Source: an uncultured Pseudobdellovibrionaceae bacterium | Lineage (GTDB): Bacteria; Bdellovibrionota; Bdellovibrionia; Bdellovibrionales; UBA1609 | DNA: 64,000 nucleotides | Reading direction: 5' to 3' | Assembly: GCA_963803705.1 (NCBI GenBank) | Contig: CAWDNU010000004.1 | Coordinates: 192,001-256,000, forward strand | Shown: piece after piece, positions 42,957-52,161 of the stretch | Numbering within the stretch: the stretch's first letter is position 1 | Layout: every line of letters starts with the position of its first letter | Notes under the pieces: model-generated | Databases searched by the model: none | Told to the model about the DNA's origin: nothing | The model's input: the letters and a program-made list of their open reading frames with translations, nothing else | Made by a program: the position numbers and the translations under genes

Positions 42957-43203
42957 GGGTTAGCTTCTTATTGAAAATTTTCATAAAAAAAGTGAAGAAG
43001 ATTATATCCTTCTCATAAAAACGCTCAGTCATACTTTGGCATTTTCCCTGCAAAATATATTGTAGCAGTAACTATTTCTTTAATTCAGGGATTTAATTCC
43101 AAAAATCTTTTAGCAGGTCTTCACGCCAAAGAGCTCGGTTTTTATGAGGAGGATATAATCTTCTTCACTTTTTTTATGAAAATTTTCAATAAGTAGCTAA
43201 CCC
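42957..43203. repeat. Long palindromic element B: 66-bp inverted arms (2 mismatches) around a 115-bp core homologous to element A
   Basis: 42957-43022 versus 43138-43203; shared core motifs TAAAAACGCTCA.TCATAC.TTTGGCATTT and GCCAA..GAGCTCGGTTTTTA. Confidence 0.95.
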
Positions 43204-43346
43204 TAAGGCTGATTGGGCGAAATCGAAGCGGGCGCTTCATCTACGGGGGTACTGTGTGGGGAATAAAGTAGTGGATAAGCAATGACTGTAGCTAAAAACA
43301 GTATGATCATAACTATAGATATCTTTTTTCTATTTGATTTTTGCAT
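43203..43346 (-). CDS. 47-aa single-TM peptide (not in the ORF track)
   Basis: MQKSNRKKISIVMIILFLATVIAYPLLYSPHSTPVDEAPASISPNQP*; GGAG SD 6 nt upstream. Confidence 0.6.
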   Translation of the reverse strand: MQKSNRKKISIVMIILFLATVIAYPLLYSPHSTPVDEAPASISPNQP

Positions 43347-43427
43347 TTCAATCTCCGAAATAGGCTAACAGATATTTTCTAGTTTGGACTTGGTTAGAAC
43401 TTCTTTCAAGTGGAATTTCTGCTAACT

Positions 43428-43443
43428 AGGCACAGATTTTGCT
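43428..43443 (+). promoter_or_regulatory. Putative sigma54 promoter
   Basis: aGGCACagattTTGCT: GG-N10-GC. Confidence 0.65.
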
Positions 43444-43484
43444 AAAGTACGTTAGAAGTAAACTATTAACCAAGGAATTTAATA

Positions 43485-43862
43485 ATGAAAGCACTGTTTA
43501 TGTTTCTATGTATTCTTACAGCTATGGTGGCTTCGGCCAATACTTCGATTGTTGGAAGTTGGTGTGGACCAGATGACAACCGTGATACACCACAAAATAG
43601 GCGTTTTGAAATAATGGCAGATGGAACTTTAACGTTTACAGCAACTTTTCGTGGTTCTAATCTTGTTCAGAATGGCAGATGGCAGGACCGTGAAGCTGGA
43701 AGTGGTGTGATGTGGCACAAGATTATGTTTCCAAATTTCCCTATGGTTATTTCTAATTTCACTTTACGAGATGAGGGGCTTTATATTTACCCTCCTGGCA
43801 ATCCTAATTATATAAATGTAACTCTGCCATACATTCAGTGTGAGGATTTTTTAGGTATGTAA
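43485..43862 (+). CDS. Small secreted hypothetical protein (lipocalin-like GxW start)
   Basis: Signal peptide MKALFMFLCILTAMVASA; IVGSWC; terminal Cys; AAGGA SD. Confidence 0.8.
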   Translation: MKALFMFLCILTAMVASANTSIVGSWCGPDDNRDTPQNRRFEIMADGTLTFTATFRGSNLVQNGRWQDREAGSGVMWHKIMFPNFPMVISNFTLRDEGLYIYPPGNPNYINVTLPYIQCEDFLGM

Positions 43863-44029
43863 TTTTGCACACTGAAGGCAATTGTTCCAGATGAACCACA
43901 GTGTCGGTTCGGTGGACTAAGTAAAATCATTAGCATGAAGTCTATAGACTATATAAGTCGAGAACTTATGACAAAAATTGTTGTTTTAATTTTTCAGGTG
44001 AAAATACTGAGGCAACAGGCCGCTATAAG

Positions 44030-44374
44030 CTATAGATTTAAGAACACAGCCTTAAAACTTTTTTTAAGGGTAGCAAGATCTTTTGAAGACAGAGTTCCAA
44101 TTTTTTCAATAATAATTTGATGATCTAGCGTAAATATCTTCATTCTGATGACTGAGGGCGCAGGTAAACCTGTAATTTTAAGGTTCTTTATTAATACATC
44201 ATTAGGCCACGACCTGTTTTTTTCACTTGTAATCATAGCACAAATACTGTGATTTATTTTTTTGTCAAACTTAAGTGAATGACTCAAAATAATAGCTGGT
44301 CTTTTTTTTGATTTACTTCTATCGGTGTAAGGAAAAGGTACAGTTATAACATCAAATTGCTCAAAGGGAGTCAT
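44030..44374 (-). CDS. PemK/MazF-family toxin
   Basis: VPFPYTD..KKRPAIILS, CAMITS and GLPAPSVIR motifs. Confidence 0.92.
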   Translation of the reverse strand: MTPFEQFDVITVPFPYTDRSKSKKRPAIILSHSLKFDKKINHSICAMITSEKNRSWPNDVLIKNLKITGLPAPSVIRMKIFTLDHQIIIEKIGTLSSKDLATLKKSFKAVFLNL

Positions 44375-44585
44375 AAGCCTCGCTGTCTTCTTTGCTTGAC
44401 CATTCAGTAAGTGTTGATTCTAAGTATTTATGCCATTCGATATCTACCTTCGATATTTTTTTTATAACAACCACATCGTTCTCTATTTCCCAAACAATTC
44501 CGTCTCCAGATTTAAGATGAAGAAATTCTCTGATTTCTTTGGGAACAGTGGCTTGATATTTAGAAGTTAATTTAGAGGCTCTCAT
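44361..44585 (-). CDS. AbrB/MazE-family antitoxin
   Basis: SKLTSKYQATVPKEIREFLHLKSGD; overlaps the toxin start. Confidence 0.92.
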   Translation of the reverse strand: MRASKLTSKYQATVPKEIREFLHLKSGDGIVWEIENDVVVIKKISKVDIEWHKYLESTLTEWSSKEDSEAYDSL

Positions 44586-44594
44586 AGTTTTATA

Positions 44595-44617
44595 GTAATA
44601 CAGTATTACGTAATACT
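44595..44617. promoter_or_regulatory. Putative TA operator (overlapping palindromes)
   Basis: GTAATAC-A-GTATTAC (44595-44609) overlapping AGTATTACGTAATACT (44602-44617), 10 bp upstream of the antitoxin ATG. Confidence 0.7.
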
Positions 44618-44900
44618 CAAGAATAAAAAGCTAAATATGCTTGAAACTCACTTAACAACACTAAGAACTAAGCTTTCTAAATATGGGATACAACTGAAAG
44701 CTATATTTCAAAAAAACCTCATATGTAAACCTCTAGGTGTTGGTATTAAATTTAAAATTCACCCATTTTATACTTAGCGCTACAAGCCATTCACCTGCAT
44801 TTAGCGACGCCCAAACCAAAGCCCAGGGACGGTCAAATCATTCAAAATTCTTTAATGATTCTATGATTGATTCAGTTATACTGATCAAAAGGCGGGTTCA

Positions 44901-46577
44901 TTGAGATCTATTGGTATTGATATCGGAAGTTTCAGCATAAAAGTGGCCGAGGTTCTTGCCACTTCTAAGTCCGTCCAGCTTATGGGCTTTAAAGAGTATC
45001 ATCTTAGCCAAGATCCTGCCGCTGACAAAGATATCGAAATTTTAGAAATTTTAAGACAGGTTCGTGAGCAAAATCGTGCTGTCACTGATCTGACTTACTG
45101 CATAGGCTTACCAACAATACAAAGTAGCTTACACAGGTTGGCGCAACCTCCTGCGCCTAGGTTTAAACTTCTAGAAAGCTTGCCTTTTGTGCTATCCGAT
45201 ATGACTCCGCTGGATCCAGAAGACGCAATTTATGACCTGAAGATACTTAAAACGCACCCCAACGGTTATGATGCGCTAGCTGTAGCCGCAAAAAAAGAAG
45301 TTATAAAAAAAAGGCTTCAGGTTTTTAAAGATGCTGGCATTGAACCAAAAATTCTGAGCGTAGAAGGTTTAGCCTTAAATAATGTGTTCGAAAACATATT
45401 TGGGGGCATCGAAAAGTCTTTAGAACCTCTATTTTTCGAGGATGACATTGATGAAGATGATCTAGGTTTAGAAACCAAGTATACTCAAGGTGAAGCCTTA
45501 TTAGAAATTGGACATAAGTCTTCGATTCTTTTGGTAAGAAGCTCTGGCGGGTTAGCTGAAATTAGGGAGCTTAGCTTTGGCGGTCACTATCTTGCAGATG
45601 CTTTGTGCCAGGAGTACCGAATTCACTATAAAGAAGCCATAAGCATGCTGCAAAACCAGGGTGCACTGGCACTCAATAAAGCGGATTTATCTAAGGATAT
45701 CCTGCGGTTATCTGACACTCTTAAACATTCTCTTCAACCCTTTTTGACTCAGTTAAAACTCTCATTACTTGAAATTAAAAGTAAACGTCACGTTCACGTC
45801 GCAGGAATCGGACTTTTAGGTGGTGGCTCGCAGCTTAGAAACTTAGGCCCTTACATCACACAAAACCTGCAAGTGGCCGCAAATAATTTAACAGAGCTCA
45901 ACCAATTCCCCGAGCTTAGCTTTCAGGGCGATAATGCTAAACAGCTAAATGTTATAGTTGCACTTGGGCTAGCCTTAGAAGGAGTTCGAAAGCCAAAGAA
46001 TCCAGCCATTAATTTTAGGCGAAAAGAGTTTGCGATTAAAAACAAAACTTTAGAAGCTTTCGTAGAAACCTGGTCCTACTCACTGCAAATTTTGGCAGCA
46101 TCTTTTATTCTAATGATAATTTGGACTTTTCTAAGAACACAGTGGGCCGTTCAATTAGCTGACATATCTTATGATACGATGAAGGACCAGGGCGCTCAAA
46201 TCTTAGGACTAAAGAGAGCTCAGATAAACACAACCCGACTTAATAGATACATTAGAGACGCGGAACAAAGAGCAAATTTAATTGAAAAGCTTAAAGAACT
46301 TAAAAATTACAAACAGGCTGCGTTTTATATTCGAAAGTTGCACGACCAGGCTCCCAACAAGCAACGGCTTTCTTTAGATATCGAGCTCTTAGATGTCAGC
46401 GACAGAAAATTGACCTTAAAAGGAACTGTTGGCTCGACGGGTCAGCTATTGGCTTTAGAAAATCTTTTGAAAGAACTTTCAACAAAAAATAAATTGCAGC
46501 AAAAAAAAGTTCTTGAAGCCAGCAACGGAAGAACCCCATTTAACTATCAGATTCAAATTCATCCTTTAAAAAATTAG
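44901..46577 (+). CDS. gspL: GspL / PilM-like actin-fold assembly protein with TM and periplasmic domain
   Basis: IGIDIGSFSIKV, LEIGH, FGGHYL, LLGGGSQL, INFRR motifs. Confidence 0.85.
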   Translation: MRSIGIDIGSFSIKVAEVLATSKSVQLMGFKEYHLSQDPAADKDIEILEILRQVREQNRAVTDLTYCIGLPTIQSSLHRLAQPPAPRFKLLESLPFVLSDMTPLDPEDAIYDLKILKTHPNGYDALAVAAKKEVIKKRLQVFKDAGIEPKILSVEGLALNNVFENIFGGIEKSLEPLFFEDDIDEDDLGLETKYTQGEALLEIGHKSSILLVRSSGGLAEIRELSFGGHYLADALCQEYRIHYKEAISMLQNQGALALNKADLSKDILRLSDTLKHSLQPFLTQLKLSLLEIKSKRHVHVAGIGLLGGGSQLRNLGPYITQNLQVAANNLTELNQFPELSFQGDNAKQLNVIVALGLALEGVRKPKNPAINFRRKEFAIKNKTLEAFVETWSYSLQILAASFILMIIWTFLRTQWAVQLADISYDTMKDQGAQILGLKRAQINTTRLNRYIRDAEQRANLIEKLKELKNYKQAAFYIRKLHDQAPNKQRLSLDIELLDVSDRKLTLKGTVGSTGQLLALENLLKELSTKNKLQQKKVLEASNGRTPFNYQIQIHPLKN

Positions 46578-46601
46578 TAAAACAGGAGATGATAATTCCC
46601 T

Positions 46602-47249
46602 ATGGCCTTCGAGAATTTATCAGAACAAATCAAAGAATCCTTTTCGGGTATTAAGTCTCAGATCACTGAAAGTGAATCTTTTAATAGAGTTAGCGAGGCA
46701 TACAACAATCTACCCTCTCGCCAGCAAAAACTTATTATTATTTTGGGATCTTTGATAACTTTAATATTGCTGCTGAATATACCTATTCAAGCGTTTATAA
46801 AATCTAATCAGCAGCTTCAAACCTACAAAGAACAAAAACAAATTGTTGAAAGACTGAAAGTTACTGAAAAGGCTAAAAGCCAAACCGACTTTGAACCACA
46901 ACAGTTCACTAAAGTCACTTTGCAACGGGAGCTTTTAAATCAAATGCGAACATTTCAGGTTTCGGATGAACAGTTCCAAATTTCTTCTACTCCACCCGAT
47001 CTACTTGGAATACCTAAACAGGCCGTCACCCAAGGCTACAAACTAAACCTTGCTAATTTAAATGTCAGGCAAATCTCAAGAGTTTCAAGTTTAATAGAAA
47101 ACTTTAGTGATTCGATACTAATTACCGGTTTCAGATCTGCTGCTAGTCCTGAAGATCCACATTACTTCAACACTGAATTTAAACTGCTAAACTACTCTAC
47201 GCCACAAAGTGAGACTGAATCCAGTCCCTCGTCGCTTCGGGGACGCTAG
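46602..47249 (+). CDS. gspM: Probable GspM
   Basis: YNNLPSRQQKLI then TM; position between gspL and gspN. Confidence 0.7.
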   Translation: MAFENLSEQIKESFSGIKSQITESESFNRVSEAYNNLPSRQQKLIIILGSLITLILLLNIPIQAFIKSNQQLQTYKEQKQIVERLKVTEKAKSQTDFEPQQFTKVTLQRELLNQMRTFQVSDEQFQISSTPPDLLGIPKQAVTQGYKLNLANLNVRQISRVSSLIENFSDSILITGFRSAASPEDPHYFNTEFKLLNYSTPQSETESSPSSLRGR

Positions 47250-48253
47250 TGGATAATTTAAGAACTTATATTTTAGATCCCATACTTAATATTTTTAGAT
47301 TCCATAAGTTTAAAATTTTTTTTGTATTATTTGCTACCATTATTTTTTATGTTTTATTTTTTCCCTATCATCAGTTGTCGAGTCTAATTGAAAACCAAAT
47401 TAGCAAATCTAGCCGGGGTCAGCTTCAAGTTTCATTCACTGACTTAAGCTTAAGTATAGTGCCCTTTGGTATTTCGGCTGAAAACGTATCAATATTTATG
47501 CCTAGCTTACCTTCACCACTTTTCGTTAAAAAAGCATATATACGGCCATCCATAGCCGATCTTTTGAGATTTAAAAAAGGTGGCGTTTTAATTGCTGAAA
47601 ATATGTGGGGAGGACTTTTGAACTTGCAGTTTTCAGACCTTGGGCAAGGGACATCAAATAATAAGCAAGCTCAAATGGTTAGAATAGGTGCTCGTTTTGA
47701 AAACATAGACTTAAATAAATTGGCTAATTGGTACAAGGCTCCATTTAGCACCGCTGGCTCTATTTCTGGACAAATCAATATGACTTTGGACCAAAAAGCT
47801 TTCGAACAGCCGGAAGGCGCTTTTTCCATCCAAGGGTCTAATATTAAACTTCCATCGACAGTCAAAGTTATGCAAATGGATTTGGTTTTACCCTCAGGGC
47901 GATGGAAAAGCTTAGACTTGAAGGGCAAAATTGCAGCTGGACAATTTACTTTGTTAGAAAGTCGTTTAGGTGCACCGAGCGACGTGATCAATGGTCGAAT
48001 AAAAGGTAACATGGGTTTAACTTTTAGATCTTTGGGTGGACGGTTAACTCCTCGAGCATCTCAGTATGATTTTTCTTTGGATTTAAATTTAGACAAGGTT
48101 TCCGAGCAAAAGATTGGAACTTTGTTAAGCACGGTGCTTCTGAATGGCAAGGGTGGTAAATCCCCTACTGTCGACGGAGGCGCGCGTTATTTGCTTGGAC
48201 TTAAGGGATTTCCGGGTTCGAGCCCAAATATCGAACCATTGTCGGCTTTTTAG
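47249..48253 (+). CDS. gspN: Probable GspN
   Basis: GTG start overlapping gspM stop; FFPYHQL after the TM; AsmA-like beta-rich body. Confidence 0.75.
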   Translation: MDNLRTYILDPILNIFRFHKFKIFFVLFATIIFYVLFFPYHQLSSLIENQISKSSRGQLQVSFTDLSLSIVPFGISAENVSIFMPSLPSPLFVKKAYIRPSIADLLRFKKGGVLIAENMWGGLLNLQFSDLGQGTSNNKQAQMVRIGARFENIDLNKLANWYKAPFSTAGSISGQINMTLDQKAFEQPEGAFSIQGSNIKLPSTVKVMQMDLVLPSGRWKSLDLKGKIAAGQFTLLESRLGAPSDVINGRIKGNMGLTFRSLGGRLTPRASQYDFSLDLNLDKVSEQKIGTLLSTVLLNGKGGKSPTVDGGARYLLGLKGFPGSSPNIEPLSAF

Positions 48254-48340
48254 CATTGATGCACCGTTGATGTTCTGACATTGTGATTGCTATCTACACC
48301 CCGAACTCAATAAACTACTAGCTTAAAAGGGAGCAATTAT

Positions 48341-48784
48341 ATGTCTGGAATTAATAAAGTTATGATTATTGGCCGTTTAGGATCTGATCCTGAAGTTAAA
48401 ACGATCTCTACCGGAAGCACTGTCACAAGGTTAAGTATCGCGACCAGTGAAAACTGGGTTGATAAAGAGGGTCAAAAACAAGAGCGTACAGAATGGCACC
48501 GCGTGGTTGTTTGGGGCAAACTAGCTGAACTTTGTGGAAAGTACTTGGCTAAAGGCAGACAAGCCTACGTTGAAGGTCGCTTACAAACTCGTTCATGGGA
48601 AGACCAGCAAGGTCAGAAGAAATATACAACAGAAGTTGTTGCTTCTACCGTGCAATTTTTGGGCTCTACTCAAGGTGCTTCACAAGATGCAGGTGGACAA
48701 AGTGCTTCTAGTGGATCTTCAAATCCGTTTGATGACTTTGGACCGGAACCTTCCTTCAATAGCTCTGAAGAGATTCCATTTTAG
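48341..48784 (+). CDS. ssb: Single-stranded DNA-binding protein
   Basis: INKVMIIGRLG, ERTEWHRVV, C-terminal EEIPF. Confidence 0.98.
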   Translation: MSGINKVMIIGRLGSDPEVKTISTGSTVTRLSIATSENWVDKEGQKQERTEWHRVVVWGKLAELCGKYLAKGRQAYVEGRLQTRSWEDQQGQKKYTTEVVASTVQFLGSTQGASQDAGGQSASSGSSNPFDDFGPEPSFNSSEEIPF

Positions 48785-48840
48785 AAAAAAAAATCTATAA
48801 ACAACTAACACCTGTTGGATGTTTGAAATCTAAATCATCA

Positions 48841-48878
48841 AAATAAAAAAGACGTCTTGTAAGACGTCTTTTTTATTT
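48841..48878. terminator. Intrinsic terminator after ssb
   Basis: AAATAAAAAAGACGTCTT-GT-AAGACGTCTTTTTTATTT. Confidence 0.85.
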
Positions 48879-49020
48879 CTAAATCCAGCCAGCAAATCCT
48901 TATGCCAAGGCTAGAATTTCTAAGCTAAATTGATATCTTTTTTCTTTTCTGATTCAATGGGAGTGTGACTACAATTTTTTAAATATAGATTAAAGGTTTT
49001 TTCATCCAGGAGCTTTCAAC

Positions 49021-49959
49021 ATGAAATTAACGCCCAAATTCACACTAGTACTGATGGTTTTGTTTCTACTAAATGCTTTTAACGATGTGTTTGCAGCTCA
49101 GGTTGCTGCCGTTAAGGGAAAAAAAGTTTTAGTGATGGGTGATGATCTGGAAACCAACGGTCTTTACTACGTTGTAGAGCGTGGAAAGAAAAAAGGTATA
49201 ATCAAAGTTCTGAAAATAAAGGGCAGAAAGGCACTAGCCAAACTACTTAAAGGTCGGGCAGGCAAGGGCTTTAGTCTGGTTTATAGACCCAGAAAATCTA
49301 AATCAAGAAACCAAGTAGCTAAAAAAAGCCAAACTCCTTCTACGAAAAACTATGATAAATATTCCGAGACACCTTCAACAAGCTTTGATAATTCTTCAAA
49401 CTATAAATCCAATTATAGGTCTAGCCGCAAAAAGTCCTTTAGCTTAGGAGGCCTACTTGCCTACCAGCAAAACAGTGCGTCTGTGAACTATACATCTGGT
49501 AGCTCTGATTCACTTTCTGGGTCATCAATAGGCTTTAAAGTTTTTGGGGACTACCCCCTAAATAAAAAAATTAATTTGCGTGGTGAATTTGGAACTATAC
49601 CATTCAACGCAGAGGTTGCATCAAACAACTGTGGTGGTTCAACCTGTTCAATGGCCATCAGCTACTTAGGAGCGACTCTGTGGGCTAGGTATATGTTTAA
49701 CCCAGAGACAGCTAAAACCCGTTTTTGGGGTGGAGCAAGTGCCAGTTTGATCTTCCCGACCGGAACTGGTGACACCAATGCAGTCAACGCAGATGATGTG
49801 GGTAGCACTTTGATTTTCGGTTTAGGTGGTGGATTAGATTATAATATCAATGAAAAGTACTATATCCCTGTATCATTAGAATACACTTTGTTTCCACCGA
49901 ACGACGAGGTCTCTGCTAACATCATCGGCATTAAAGCTGGCCTTGGAATGAGGCTTTAA
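49021..49959 (+). CDS. Outer-membrane beta-barrel protein with basic N-terminal domain
   Basis: Signal peptide; FGLGGGLDYNI and IKAGLGMRL terminal strands. Confidence 0.75.
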   Translation: MKLTPKFTLVLMVLFLLNAFNDVFAAQVAAVKGKKVLVMGDDLETNGLYYVVERGKKKGIIKVLKIKGRKALAKLLKGRAGKGFSLVYRPRKSKSRNQVAKKSQTPSTKNYDKYSETPSTSFDNSSNYKSNYRSSRKKSFSLGGLLAYQQNSASVNYTSGSSDSLSGSSIGFKVFGDYPLNKKINLRGEFGTIPFNAEVASNNCGGSTCSMAISYLGATLWARYMFNPETAKTRFWGGASASLIFPTGTGDTNAVNADDVGSTLIFGLGGGLDYNINEKYYIPVSLEYTLFPPNDEVSANIIGIKAGLGMRL

Positions 49960-49980
49960 TTAGATTAATATTATAGAGTA

Positions 49981-50880
49981 ATGAATTTACGCTTTATTAT
50001 ATTCTTTATCTTTACTTCTTTTTACTTCTTGCCACTGCAGGCACAAGAGCTTGGTAACAGCGAAGAGGCATACTACCCGTCACCAGTTATAGTGAGTCCC
50101 CGTCCTCGAACAAAGCCACCCGCGCCCAAGCGTGCGACTTTAAGCCCTGAAACTAGTGCAAGACCTCTTATTAAACCTGGGCCCCTAAAAGAATTAACTG
50201 CAATCCAAGCCGCATCCTTAAAGTCTTTGGCTTGCCCGGGTGGTGAATTTTGCCCTGGACCTTTTCAAAACTTTAAAAAGGATGGTCAATTTTTTAACCC
50301 CTTATGTTCTGAGTTTATCACCGAACAAGGCGAATACGGCGAAACGGGCATAATGATGTTAGAAGCTATGGGACAAGTGCAATCAACAAATCAGAAAAAC
50401 CCTTACAAGTCCGCTTATAAAAACTGTGATTTTAGAAAGAACTTTGACTTTGGCAGAGCCTGTCCTAACTTTAAATACTTGTCCCCTTTGCAAAAGGATC
50501 ATGTATGGGTCTGGCTGTGGGCTTCAGTTTCTCAAGCAGAATCTAGCTGTGATCCGGCTGTAGATGCAGAAGGGATAGATAATTTGGAACTTGGTCGAAA
50601 AAATATAGCTGATGGCCTGTTCGGCCTAGAATATTCTGAAGACACCAGAAAAGTTAACGACCGTGACCCTAGGTTTTGCCCGCACAGAGAAGAACCAGAA
50701 GAATTTGGTGGAACCAAAAACTTGTACTTCCAATCTAGGTGCGCAGCCTCAATTATGTTTAATCGACAATGTGGTAAAAGTGTAGTCAATTCGGGTAGTT
50801 ACTGGGAGCAACTTTTAACTAATCAACGAAAAGTTTTTGAACTTATGCAAAGGCACCCATTATGCAAAACTGCTCGTTAA
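49981..50880 (+). CDS. Secreted Cys-rich protein, putative lytic transglycosylase (lysozyme-like fold)
   Basis: Signal peptide; SQAESSC resembles the catalytic ES motif and GLFGL resembles GLMQ. Confidence 0.55.
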   Translation: MNLRFIIFFIFTSFYFLPLQAQELGNSEEAYYPSPVIVSPRPRTKPPAPKRATLSPETSARPLIKPGPLKELTAIQAASLKSLACPGGEFCPGPFQNFKKDGQFFNPLCSEFITEQGEYGETGIMMLEAMGQVQSTNQKNPYKSAYKNCDFRKNFDFGRACPNFKYLSPLQKDHVWVWLWASVSQAESSCDPAVDAEGIDNLELGRKNIADGLFGLEYSEDTRKVNDRDPRFCPHREEPEEFGGTKNLYFQSRCAASIMFNRQCGKSVVNSGSYWEQLLTNQRKVFELMQRHPLCKTAR

Positions 50881-51425
50881 GTCGTAAGCCGTTAACTGAG
50901 TTTGCAAAAGCAGTGTTCAAAGGTGGCTTTCTTTCAAGCTATACATTTTTTAGCACGGTGTTTTGTAATTCTGTATTTGCCGAACCCCCAAAGAATCCAC
51001 CATTAGCTATAGATATGAAAGTCGGGCCACTACCTTATGAAGTACTTAATTTTAATAAAGGAATTTATAAAAAAACTTTCGGTCCTGATAATTGTATTGA
51101 AGGTGAATACAGAATGCTTAAAGAGCCAAAGACTGGAAGAGTCTTTTTAAGAACTTCAAAAGGCGTGTTGGTGGATCATTTAGACCAACGAGTTAAAAAT
51201 CGAATAGAAAAAGATTGCTCATTTATATATTTCAATTTGATCAACGGTAAAAACGAACTAGAAAGCACCGAAATTCAGAGCTGTAAAGAGCCTTTGTTAG
51301 TTTCAAACATTAGAACTTTAAAAGTTAAGTTTGAGGACAACAAAATACACTACGTATTTATTGCCAAGGACCCGTTAAAAGAGACTTCAAAAAAAACAAA
51401 TTGCGAGCTTGAAAGACAGAACTAG
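50862..51425 (+). CDS. Hypothetical secreted protein
   Basis: 187-aa ORF, signal-like VFCNSVFA, four Cys in the mature part. Confidence 0.6.
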   Translation: MQNCSLSRKPLTEFAKAVFKGGFLSSYTFFSTVFCNSVFAEPPKNPPLAIDMKVGPLPYEVLNFNKGIYKKTFGPDNCIEGEYRMLKEPKTGRVFLRTSKGVLVDHLDQRVKNRIEKDCSFIYFNLINGKNELESTEIQSCKEPLLVSNIRTLKVKFEDNKIHYVFIAKDPLKETSKKTNCELERQN

Positions 51426-51680
51426 CTTTCTTTTTTTAAGAGTGTAAGAAATTTTGTGTATAGGCGGATATCGCCACTTCTTGATCCAAATCTCTATCAA
51501 GCTAAGAATATGAGCGCAATATTTTTCGAGTGTCGTGGCAAAATTTCAAATATAAATTAGCCCAATTTCCAGAGTTATGGCCCAATTTTAAGCCTTCTAG
51601 CTGATACTTATAGGCATAATAGAACGCTGAAAGATCAGACCAAAACCAAGGGGTTATAAGTACAATTGCTGGATTGCAAT

Positions 51681-52001
51681 TTACTTTCTCAAGCAAATAA
51701 CATCTGCAGAATGAATTGTTGTCCAATTTATTTCACCACCGAATTCAGATATATCAACTTTATTCAAATAATTTTCTTTAATTATAGTTAGTAAATCCCT
51801 ATCTAGTGGTGAATTGCCAATTTGGATAATTTCTATGGTTAACCCTCTTTCAATAGCCTTTTCCATTTGATTGCCTTTCACTAAATTCTTAGCTTCAGAT
51901 ATAACAGTGGGCATAGAGCAACTGTATACTGTCAAATCAGAGGCGCCAAATGCACTCTGACCTAAGGACAACAGAGAGACTAATAATAGAATTTTTTTCA
52001 T
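51681..52001 (-). CDS. Small secreted hypothetical protein, passenger inside IS256 copy 2
   Basis: Signal peptide MKKILLLVSLLSLGQSAFG; AAGGA SD; two Cys. Confidence 0.85.
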   Translation of the reverse strand: MKKILLLVSLLSLGQSAFGASDLTVYSCSMPTVISEAKNLVKGNQMEKAIERGLTIEIIQIGNSPLDRDLLTIIKENYLNKVDISEFGGEINWTTIHSADVICLRK

Positions 52002-52161
52002 TTTTACTTCCTTTGTTAAGTTCGGTCTAACTTAAGCAAAACTCATGCTCAAAAAAATAATGCTTCAAATCAAATTAAACTCACAAAGACACATTAAAAC
52101 CGACAAAAAAGCGTTTTCGTCGGTACCAAAATTGTCACTTTTTTGGTTTTAGCCCTAACTA

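Noticed and set aside
38528..43203. Integron attC sites or retron msr-msd for the long palindromes
   Set aside because: No RYYYAAC/GTTRRRY box arrangement with a cassette array, and no integrase or reverse transcriptase in the window.
51502..51726. 74-aa ORF in the IS right end (PWFWSDL...)
   Set aside because: The equivalent region of copy 1 has no start and contains a stop and frame change; peptide similarity follows from DNA similarity.
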